A DNA stretch of 64,000 nucleotides, taken from Oikopleura dioica. Lineage: Eukaryota; Animalia; Chordata. Position numbers and translations under genes: made by a program. Below, piece after piece: positions 13,101 through 23,599 of this stretch. The first letter of the stretch is position 1, and each line of letters opens with the position of its first letter. The stretch is taken from positions 11,098,001 through 11,162,000 of the forward strand of contig OU015568.1 in NCBI GenBank assembly GCA_907165135.1. Reading direction: 5' to 3'. Below the pieces are notes generated by a model. It did no database searches and had not been told where the DNA came from. It was given only the letters and a program-made list of their open reading frames with translations.

Positions 13101-14056
13101 TTTCTCTAATTAGTAAAGAAGAAGAAAAAGACCTCTGTTGCTACGACTTTCTCTTTCTTATGGTTGCTCTTGCATCGTGTCTACCAGACTAACCGGTGAA
13201 AAAGCATTAAGTAATGAACCACAAATGCTAGCAAAATAAGCCCTCTAATAAAAAGGTAAATAAGTGAAGGTCCCAGAATACAAAAGTATTGCCAAAATAA
13301 TCCCCAATAAAAGTTAGTAAATAAATCGATTTATGACTTTTTCGAACTAATCCTTGAGTGTCGAACTCGCGCGCCAAGCTCATCATTGAGATACCATACA
13401 TCGAAAGTGGGCTCGTTTGGATATGGATACGTCCCGGAACGAGTGTAGCTTCTATTACAAATTTCAGTGGCGCAGTCGTAGTCGGAAGTCGAGACGTTGA
13501 GAATTCCCGCAAGTCGATCTTGGAGACCTTCCATGTTGTCTGAAGGTAAAAATGAAATATCGCGTTTCTCATCGAATTTTCACTCATTTTTGTTACAGTA
13601 AAATTACTGTTGTTAATCGTGGAGCCACTTGCCGCTTCGAGTGAGAAATACCTAAAGCCGCGAAAAGCGCTGATTTTCTATCTTATTTTGCTCGAAGCCG
13701 CAGGCAGCTCTCGACTTTTTGCACGAACTTTACTGAAGATAGTGTACCTAAGTAATATCTGAGCTCTTCCTTGGATCTCCAGGTGCAAGCATGATCAATC
13801 AAGTAAATCTGCTCCGGGTCTTCATGATCCAGCCCTTCTTCATCGCAAACAACTACTTTGTAGTTCGAATCCACGGGAATCCCACTATCGTCCTCGGCAA
13901 CATGAGTGAGCATAAACTTGCTCCCTCCATCAAAACTTTCTGTAGAGACTTTCTTTTGAAGAGCTTTCCAGAAATAAGAAGGAATGCCGAGGGATTCGAG
14001 CTGGTCTAAGTTCGAAGCGAGGAATTGTTGGTACTCTTCGTTATCTTCATTGTTGT
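10148..14056 (-). CDS. TTLL12: Tubulin-tyrosine ligase-like 12; multi-exon, start codon not resolved
   Basis: Exons encode IYLIDHACTW, WYLNDELGARVRHS, WPLRDIRYGEEVTRDF, QFPNEHLLTTK, VQKYIDRP...KFDFRY, SRALYGVDIML...PKILEFNFNCDC. This is the SET-like plus TTL layout of TTLL12. Confidence 0.92.
12140..13230 (+). ncRNA. Candidate large structured non-coding RNA nested antisense in a TTLL12 intron
   Basis: More than 15 stem-loops and enclosing helices were read by eye. G-U pairs form on the + strand. There is no credible ORF. See findings. Confidence 0.5.
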
Positions 14057-14533
14057 GGTCTGAAAATTGAAAATGTAAATTTCAAAGACTTATTGTTAAT
14101 TAAATTGATAGTCAGCATTATTTTATCATAAAAATATATTCTCAAATTATTTCGAATTAGTGTTTATTGTTATGTCACATTTCTAATGCTTTGCTCATCT
14201 CCAAATAAGGAAAGGAGATTCGCCGCACCTGTTCAAAATAACTTTCGCTTGGCCTCGGCCACTTTTCTGTTCACTCTGCCAGACCGCTTGCTACAAAAAT
14301 GCCGCTAATATTAAATTTTTACAATTCGCAAAACTAGAGTCAATCTTCTCTGCATTGCAGCAAATGCATAACCACAACAATAATTATGTTTTTATTTCAG
14401 TGCCTTATTACCTTGAGACATTTTTGCAAAACTAAATCTTCGAGCCGGAAATTCTCGAGAACACGTTTTCTCTTCCTTATTTTCGAATCTTCCTCCAACC
14501 GAAAGCCGCGCGGTCCTCCTCGCTACCCAATGA

Positions 14534-14754
14534 GCGCGCGCGTTCTACGGAGCGCGCATTTGAATTTTCTCGTTTTTTCGCTTCAGATTCCAGAACTGAA
14601 CTTGATTCTTTGTGAAATGCTTCAAAATCGACTTTTTCTTCAGAGAGAACTCTACTAGAGACTTATTCTTAACAGAAACAGTGCATAAAGAGGACTTTTA
14701 GCGTTATTTTTAAAAACAGTCTTTTAGACAAATTTTCGAATTTCCCGCCTACAC
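14534..14754 (+). promoter_or_regulatory. Cell-cycle-type elements in the divergent TTLL12/SMC2 promoter region (CDE/CHR-like GCGCGCATTTGAA; E2F-like TTTCCCGC)
   Basis: GCGCGCATTTGAA at ~14552-14564 and TTTCCCGC at 14741-14748 lie upstream of the SMC2 ATG. Motif match only. Confidence 0.35.
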
Positions 14755-14844
14755 GTGCAAAAGCTTTATTCCACCTATTAACTTGGCTTTTTATTCAAAA
14801 TGTGTTTTTCAGAGTTTTGAAGAAGTCGGCATCGCGAGAGAAAA

Positions 14845-17800
14845 ATGTACATAAAGAGCATCGAACTCGACGGGTTCAAATCGTACGCCCGGCGGACGGA
14901 GATCAAAGACTTCGATCCGCTCTTCAACGCGATCACTGGACTGAACGGATCTGGAAAGAGTAATATTCTTGACTCGATCTGTTTCTTGCTTGGCATCTCG
15001 CAGCTTAATCAAGTTCGCGCGACATCGTTGAACGATCTTGTTTACAAGGTACACTTTTGTATTTAACAACAGTAACAATCGTTAGGCTTATATCATAAAT
15101 AATATATACATATGAGTACACTTGTTTTCTGATAGTCTAACTTTTGCTGGAAAAGCGGTTCTTGTGAACTTCAGGCTGAAGTTGAGTTACTGCTGAAATA
15201 AAGCAGTATGAAGAAGACTTAGCCGCCAAAAGCGCGGCTTTTTATATTGCTCGTAGACGCAAGAGGCTTCTCGCTTTTCAACAGAAACTAAACTTCAGGA
15301 ACAACCGTCATTCCAGTAAAATTTAAGAATCACCGTATGAAACAGTTAAATAAACTTCCGTCTTCAGAATGGCCAAGCTGGAATCACCCGCGCCACCGTT
15401 TCGATCACATTTGACAACCGGGACAAAGACAAGTCCCCGATCGGCTATCATGACAGCGATAAAATCGTTGTCACTCGACAGATTAATGTCAACGGCAAGA
15501 ACAAATACATGATTAATGGCGTCCACGCGCAAAACAACCGAGTTGCCGATTTCTTCCAAAGCGTTGGAATGAACATCAACAATCCCCACTTTTTGATCAT
15601 GCAGGTAAATGATTCTTTGAAACGATATTATAGTTGTATTTGATTATAAGAACATCTGAAATCATGAATAAATGAATCTTCGCTTATTATTTATTTAAAA
15701 TCCATTAGGGCTTTTCTTTTAGGGACGCGTGACAAAAGTCATGAACATGAAGCCAATGGAAATCCTGTCAATGATCGAGGAAGCAACAGGAACTCGAATG
15801 TACGAGTCAAAAAAAGACTCGTGCACTCGTGCCATTGAGAAAAAACAACTCAAGTACAACGAATTGACGAAAATCCTCAACGAAGACCTTCACCCGCAAA
15901 TTCAGAAGCTCAAAGGGGACCGAGAGAGCTACATGAGATACCAGCAGTTGACGCGGCAGATCGAGCTCAGCGAGAAGTTCGTCATTGCTTTCAAATACCA
16001 CGCGCTTGATCAGAAGCTGCAAAGTGCTGACGAAGGAAAAGCGCAGCTTCAGGCAGAGTTGCAAAACGCTCGCGAGGAGGACAACCGGCTAAAAGAAGCG
16101 AATGCTCAAGCTGAAGGTACGTAAAGACCTCTAGAAATCATGTGGGACCAACTGCATGTCTAAATACCTTTTGAAGATGGTCTCTAGTCCATTTTAGAGT
16201 CTGTTAAAAAGATGAGCGAGCAGAACGAAGCCGAAGAAGGTTCTCAAATGGCTGAAAATGAGGCTAAACTGAAACACCTCAGAAACACAGAAGCGAAAAA
16301 GCTCGGAGAAAAGAAAGCCGAGCAAGACAAGGTGAAACGACACCAGCAAAAAGTGGAGAAGCTCAAGAAAACCGTCAAGAACACGGAGCAGTCGATCGAA
16401 GCGAAAGAAACGGCCCGTGAAAAGATGCAGAATGCGCACGAATCGAACGCAGCAAAAGCGAAACAGGCGGAAGAGGAGTACAACAAGGCCACAAACATGT
16501 TGGAACAGCTACGGGTTGGTACGGCAGTGAGTGCTGATGGCAGCGGCAAGACGATGGCCGACGAAGCGATTGAGAAGCGTCAGATAGTTTCGAACAAAGA
16601 AACGGTTCTAAAAACAACATCCGCGAAGATTAAGAGGAATAACACTGACATCAAGTAAGTTCGGGAATATGATCGCTTCTTACGCAACTTTTCAGCAATC
16701 TGAAACGGCAAATGACAAAAGCGTCTTCCTCGTACAATGCGGATAAGAAGCAAAAAGACAAGGTCGTCAGTGAACTCGAGAAAATCACTGCTGAGTTGGA
16801 CCAAGGCGGATACAACGAAGAGGAATACACTCGCATGGCAGCAAGGCATAATCACCTTGAGAACGAATGTAAGCTTCCTCATTTTACTCGGTTTTTAAGG
16901 ATTGAATTTAGATAATAATTTGAAAAGTCAGGAGGAGAAATTCTACGAGCATTTCAGTCGAATCGAAGATCCACTACGGTACGTCAATCTTTATGAAATC
17001 TTCCCTCATCCATTAATATTTAAATTGGATGACTTTACCACCGTCATAATCCGTGGGAATTGAGTAGATGCCGGATTTCAATCATCAATTACGTTTTTCT
17101 CCTTTTTTATACTTTAATTTTCTATTTTAAAGTCACTCTCAATTTCCAAAACATCATGACTTCTGTGTGACGCAATTTTGATCTAACTCGATCTCGTAGA
17201 TATCCGCCCAACTTCGACCGCAGGAAAATTATCGGATTCGCCGGCAAACTCGTCCGGGTCCATAAGAAAGAATTTCTCCCAGCTCTGGAGAAGACAGCGG
17301 GCGGAAAACTTTACAATCTGGTCGTCGATTCTTCCGAAACTGCGCAATACATCTTCAAGAACAAGCTTCTCAAGCGACGAGTCACTCTCTTGCCTCTTGA
17401 CAAGCTTAGTGTACATCGAGACGTCGACCCACGCAAAGTGCAAAAGGCGAAGTCCCTCGTTGGAGGACCGAATGCCGAAGCTGCGAAAAACTGTGTCTCT
17501 GTGGACGATCCAAGTCTCGACATTGTCGCTCAGTTTCTCTTCAACGGCATCATCGTGACAAACACGAACAACATGGCGAGTAGCATCTGTTACGACCGAG
17601 ACATCAAAACCAAGACCATCAGCAACGATGGAGGAGTTTATGATCCTTCGGGCTCCATTTCCGGCGGCGGTGAGAAGAACTTCTTGATCCTGAAGGAGTT
17701 GGAGAAACTCCGAGACATTGAAAATAACATTGAAGCGATCAACGTAGAGTACTACGCCCTTCAAGATCGATTGAAAGAGATGGACAGCTTCCAGGCGAAG

Positions 17801-20008
17801 TTCCAACGGCTAAATGGAAAGAGAGCTCAAATGAATGCAATGTTGGAGGAGCTGAATCTCAAGCTCCAAAATTCTGAGTTCGGCCGGCAACAAGCTGACA
17901 TTGACGCGCTTGAGGCAGAAGTGAAAGACATGCAGCAGGTTCACGATGAGGCCAAGGAGGAATATGACAGGGCGCTCAAAGAAGCCAAAGAGATTGAAAC
18001 TAGAATGCACAATTTGGAAAAGAATCGTGAACAGGAAGGTGTCTAGAACGGAAATTAAATTACCAGTGCTATCTTTTTATCCGCAAACAGACGGGGGTTA
18101 GAAACGGTTCATGACATCCATGTAGGAATTGAAAAAATGGAAAAAGACTGTGCGGTCAAAAAGAAGAAGATGGACGATGAGCTGAGTCGAATCGAACAAG
18201 CGAACGCAGGGTACGAGAGCATGGGCATGGAAATCGCCGGCTTGAAGGAAGAACTCGCTGAAGCCCAAGCAGCGCTTCAGGAAGCCTCCGAGGAGTGCGT
18301 CGACAGTCAACTGCAGGGCTTTATGGACGAATGTAACGCTCTAAAGACGGAAATTGAACAGGTAAAATACTGAACCTCGGAGAATAACATAAACACGACT
18401 TTCTCCATTCACCTTTCAGCTGGGTATTCGTACGCCTTCAATGCTTGAAAGCAGTTAATAGTTGGCCTTTTCTGGCGATTATTTCATGCTATTATATTGA
18501 ACAAACGAGTGGGAAATACTAACTTGCAGGCCAGTCTACCGTGATCTTAGGATACAGTGAGATTTCGGAGTACAACCTGCATACAACTTTTTCAATTGAT
18601 GAAAATTTTATGTCGAGAAAATTCAAAATGTAAAAATTTTTTAGATGGTCGCGATGATCAAAGACCAGCGAGAGCTCATCAAGGCTCGAAACACCGAAAT
18701 CAGCGAGGCCAGAAGAGAAATAAAAGAGAATGAAAAGCGGATCAAGCATCAGGCGGCGGAAATCCAAAAATGCGAGCAGCAGATTCATATATACGATGAA
18801 ACTAACGCTGCTGAAGTTCGACTCCGGTATGGATTTTATTTCTGTTCTTTTCTTGACTGTTTTAGCGATAAATTGTACGAAGAGAACGAGTGGATCGAGA
18901 CTGACAAGAGCATGTTTGATAAGCGGGGCGGACCGTACGATTTCTCCAACAGCAATCCGCAAAAGGCTGAGAAGGACTTGAAAAGGGCCAAGGCACAGCG
19001 AGATCAGCTTGATGGACAGATCAACCATAGATCAATGGCTCTGCTTGTTCAAGGTATAGAATTTGGTTCGTCCGCATTCAAAACAATTTATAGCTGAAAA
19101 GCAGGAACAAGAAGTCCTCGCAAAACGAACCGATGTTGTCGAGGAACTCAAACAGATCGAAGGTTCGATTATGGCCCTTGACAAAAGCAAGAAAAGGGAA
19201 ATCACCGAAGCCTACCAACAGGTGCGTAATTGAATCTTTTGAAAGTGACTTTTCCTATCATAATTAGGTGAACCGTGACTTTGGTCGCATCTTTTCCACG
19301 CTGCTGCCCGGAGCGACCGCTAAATTGGCGCCACCAGAAGGCAAATCGGTTCTGGAAGGACTCGAGTTCAAGGTAAAAATAAACATGTTGCTTTTATTAT
19401 CGATCGCGGTGTCCAATTTCACGCGCGCTTTTCGAATTTATTGCCTGCGCGCGCACCAGCGGGCGCCATATTTTTTGCGACCGGGATTTTGCAATAAGAA
19501 AAAAGCAAAAGAGAAAAAACTATGAATCTTAGGTTGGTTTCGGAAATGTTTGGAAAGACAACCTCGGTGAGCTTTCCGGTGGACAGAGATCCCTCGTCGC
19601 CTTGTCGCTAATTCTAGCGATGTTGCTCCTGAAACCGGCTCCAATTTACATTCTGGACGAGGTCGATGCTGCTCTCGATTTGAGCCACACTCAGAACATC
19701 GGAACGATGCTGAAGCAGCAGTTCCAGAAGAGTCAGTTCGTTATCGTCTCCCTCAAGGTAAAAATATATTCTCCTCGTTGATTTCAATTTCAACATAGGA
19801 TGGCATGTACGAAAACGCTTCCGTGCTCTTCCGCACCAAATTTGTCGATGGTGTATCCACCGTCGCCAGGATCTCCTCAGGAGGGAAGAAGGGCGGAGCT
19901 GCCAAAAAAGGGCAAAGAAAACAATACCCTCACAGCTTAATTTTTTATATTTTCACATGGAACTATCTTTATTCCACTCAATTACTGCCACTAGAAAAAC
20001 AACACTGA
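14845..20008 (+). CDS. SMC2: Condensin subunit SMC2; multi-exon, extreme C-terminus uncertain
   Basis: [14 protein letters not shown]...[21 protein letters not shown] (Walker A), [20 protein letters not shown], hinge [24 protein letters not shown] and [18 protein letters not shown] (signature and Walker B). Confidence 0.97.
18466..18588 (+). ncRNA. Candidate intronic box H/ACA RNA in SMC2 intron 18362-18644
   Basis: Weak 5' hairpin, H box ATACTA (18516-18521), 3' hairpin TGCAGG...CCTGCA with internal pocket and upper stem, then ACA at 18583-18585. Confidence 0.55.
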
Positions 20009-20763
20009 CATACTCTGCAAGTTCACTTCCATTTTACTCAACACATTCCCTATTCAAACCGACAACTGCTTATCTTTGAACCTTTTCAGACAGCTAGAAA
20101 TCGGTGCTTTCGAAGAAACTATTTGGGGAGTACGAAGAAAATCCTTATCAGGTAAAAAACAAACTTGCCCATCATTTGATGGCCGATGATTATGTTTAGT
20201 AAAAGGTCTGAGCAGATATTTCAAAAGTCGGAAAACGCTTTTGTCAGTAGCGCGCGTTTGAGAAACTTCCACGCGCTGCGTTTCGGACACTGAGGACAGT
20301 AAATCACGAGACCGAGCTTATGTTTTCTCGATAGCTAAAAGGTGGCTCTTACAAGCTAGAAAATGCCGCTAGTGGAGCAGAAAACGCTATTGTACAATTT
20401 TCAACTCTTTTTCTCTCAGTGGAAAGGCGTTTTTCTGATTTGCGAGATTGATGCGCAAAATGATCACGTAATTCTAAATGAGGCCTTCTTTCTTGGAACG
20501 TTTTCCTGGAAACAATCAGCTGACGGAAAGAGTTGCCAAGTGCGACCGGAAAGCGGCATGATATTTTTAGCGTCGGCAACAGCAACTGATTCCCACTTTG
20601 ATCTTGTTGATCTGCCGTGGAGTTGTGATTCCCCGCCGAGTCCTTATCGCTAGTTATATAAGTCTCTTCCCTCGGCTATTTTTTCATTCTTTCGATTAAG
20701 AGAAATTTCGATAAAATGAAAAGAAACTTCTTTCAGGTTAGTCAAGCAGATTTCTTTGCAAAG

Positions 20764-23339
20764 ATGCCACGAAGAGCGACTGGACGAACAGCAGCTCTAG
20801 CCTCTCAGCCAAAAATTGACGTGTTCACCGAACGAGTGACGAGACGAAGCGCCAGAATCAAGAATGCAAGCCTCGGTAAGTCAAATTCATCCAATACGAG
20901 AAATAATGTTGAAAATTTAGATGCTGAAAATGAGAACATTCGATCGATTGCCGCTCCGACTAAGAAGGTCCTCATGGCGTCACCTAAGCGTCCAAACCAG
21001 AAGCTCTCTGTCTCTGAAGGTTCTCCAACAAAAATGGCAAAGAAGAACCCTTTGACGGAAGGCCGCGAAACTCTCCAGCAGACGTACCAAAAGCAGCTTG
21101 AAGTGCTCAAGTCTCCCAGCAAGCTTGGAACTCTGACACCCGATAAGTTGTCGTTCGACCTCGACATGTCTCCTGAGAACGAAAAAAAACCAATGCCATC
21201 CATCCTTCGAAGCAGACGAGCACTTGCATTTGATGATGAATCAAGCGGAGCTGAGGTTCTACCATCGAGCATTCTCCCGGATGCACCCAAAGCGCCTGGC
21301 CCAGTCTTTTCTGGAGCTCAAATCAAACGCAGCCGGGAAGTAGACTCGCAGCCAAATTCTCCCTCGACTTCTTCTCCGATGTACAAAAAACAGATTGCGC
21401 CCCGGATGTCCGCCAAAGAAGTCATGTCCTCACCAAAGAAGAACCCAAGTCCACGTGGAAGCCCGAGGAAAGTCGATGGAAGATCTCGTGCGCAGATTAT
21501 GCTCGAAGCAGCTGTTGGCGAAGTTAAAATCAATGGAAAGAGCTTGAGCAAGGAACTCCTCAAGAAACAGATTGAAAAATCTGGCAAGCTGAACGAGATC
21601 AAAGAAAAGCTCAAGAGTATCAAGACCGCCGATGACAGAATCCAGGCCATTCGCGATGGACGACTCAAAGCAAAGCGCGATTCTCTGCGAGAGGTGTCTA
21701 AAGTTCGACCAAAGCCCACTCCGAGCCCCGAGAATGCCCCTTGCTACATGAAGTTCCGACATTTGGTCGAGCCAGGAAGAATGACAAAAATGACTCTTCC
21801 GACTTCTTATGAAATGCTTGCAAAGCAGTTCGAGGCGGCGGATAACACTTGCGCGACGATGTTCAATCGTGGGCAAGCAATCGTTTTCGAAACGGTAAGA
21901 CATCACTCCTTATCAATTAATTCATTACATGTATATTCTAGATCGCTCAAGCTGTGCGGACTATCCATGGCCGCGCTTTTGATACAGATGAACTGAGCCA
22001 GATTCGCTCACTCTATCCGGAAGCGTACAAGTACGAGTGGAGAAAAGGGCTCTACGATGCCAAGTCTGGCACTGGCCGTGTCAAATCAACCGCTTATCAA
22101 CTCACTCTTCATCCTCTTCTTGAGAATGACGAAAACGACACCGTTGGAAAGCGCATGAGCCTTGCCCATCTTAACAGCCGATACAAACTAATCCGAAAAA
22201 CGCTGTTCGGAATAGTTTACGACCTCCACAAGAAATTCCTTGAGACGATCGGCGCGCCCGTCGACAAGATGAAGCAAATTACGCGATGGCATCCGGCATT
22301 TCCCCTCGAGTCCTGTGAGGCGATTAAGAAAACGGATCTTCCCCCAAAGCCGGGAAGCACTGGTGGTCCCACAACTGCTGCTCAGGTAATCTTACGCTTA
22401 TGTTGTCGAGAATCTCAACTCGAGATACATTATCTTAGATATATATCCTAGCTGGCTATGTTCTATGAAAAAGTCATACCATATTTCTAGCTCCTGAGCA
22501 TGATGAAGGAACAAATTCCCGAGAAAGCAGCAGAAAAGCTGAAGGAACGAAGAGCTGAACTCGAGAAAATCGAACTCAAGAAAATCCTCGACGAGAAAGA
22601 AGCTGAAAAACCTTCTACATCGTCAGCCCAATCCGGCAAGAGAGAGATCCCGCCTCATATTCTCGCCAAAATTCGAGCCAAACAGGCAGCAAAGGTAATT
22701 AATTACCTGTAAACTGAAAGTTATTTCGGTTCTCTGATTTTGGAAGGCAAGAAGCTAGAAATTCTAAAGAAACCTGAATTTCTGGTGATACAACCTTCCT
22801 ATAAGAACAATCCGGTCAAGAACAGATTGATATCGGGAGAGAATACACTCGTTTTGAACTACTTGTGGCCGGAACAGTTGATTTGTTTAAAAAAAAAACA
22901 TTCTCCTTTATGTCTTCCAGACGAGTTTTTTATTGACTAAATCGATACTTTAGGCCGAACAAGAATGCTCCAAGACCGAGCAGAATGAGACGGAATCTAA
23001 TCTGCTGGAAAGTATCCCTAAAGCTGCTTCGACGATCCGATCACACTTTATTGCTGAAAAGAAAAACGCCTTTCCATTCGATACAGCTTGTAAGCATCTC
23101 AAGCGCTCGTGGAAATCGCCCATCAGGTAAAACCGAAAGGAGGTGGCACAAAGCTAACATATTCCATTAGCCTTCAGCATGCTGGAAAACTGCTAGAAAA
23201 GATCTTCGAACTCAAGCCTGAGTTCCTCGAGATCAAGACAGTTGTGGGGACCAAGTACTGTAAGCTCAAGAGCCGCGATATTCCCGTCACTATCTTCGAA
23301 CAACTCGTCAAGGAAAAGATTGCTACTCTTGCAAATTAA
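20764..23339 (+). CDS. CDT1: DNA replication licensing factor Cdt1
   Basis: N-terminal PIP-degron-like QPKIDVFTERVTRR, many SP/TP CDK sites, geminin-binding region (LPTSYEMLAKQFEAAD...MFNR, QIRSLYPEAY, TRWHPAF) and C-terminal winged-helix exon ending KEKIATLAN. Confidence 0.9.
22741..22879 (+). ncRNA. Box H/ACA small Cajal-body RNA, SCARNA4/ACA26-like guide for U2 snRNA pseudouridines 41 and 39
   Basis: Hairpin GGAAGG..CCTTCC (22742-22799), H box ATAAGA (22801-22806), hairpin TCCGGTCA..TGGCCGGA (22811-22873), ACA (22874-22876) plus 3 nt. Both pockets are complementary to U2 GUAGUAUCUGUUCUU with 14-nt spacing. Lies in CDT1 intron 22695-22952. Confidence 0.85.
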
Positions 23340-23599
23340 CGCTTTCAATTTCAATCAGCTGCCAACTTTATTCAACTCTACGTTTCTCAGTTAGTTCCTC
23401 CTTGAAAGAAGTTTATTTTGTATATGAGCAAGTCTATGTCGCATTTTTTCACTACACTTTTTCTTTATCCACTATTACTGTGGATTCTCGTTTCACAAGA
23501 TCACAAATACAGAACAAACACTACTCAGAATCGAAACTTTATACGGCCAGCAAAAGTCGTATGAAACGGCGTTTATTGAAAGCAGGCTTTATCGCATTT

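Noticed and set aside
12140-13230. Structured intron as a mitochondrial rRNA insertion (short matches such as CGCCTGTT and GTTTACGACC)
   Set aside because: The matches are only 8-10 nt. The continuing universally conserved motifs (CTCGATGTTGGA, GACGAGAAGAC, GTCGTAACAAGG) are absent.
18038-18125. RNase MRP-like motif ACAGACGGGGG in a short SMC2 intron
   Set aside because: The intron is only ~88 nt and the partner 5' conserved region is missing.
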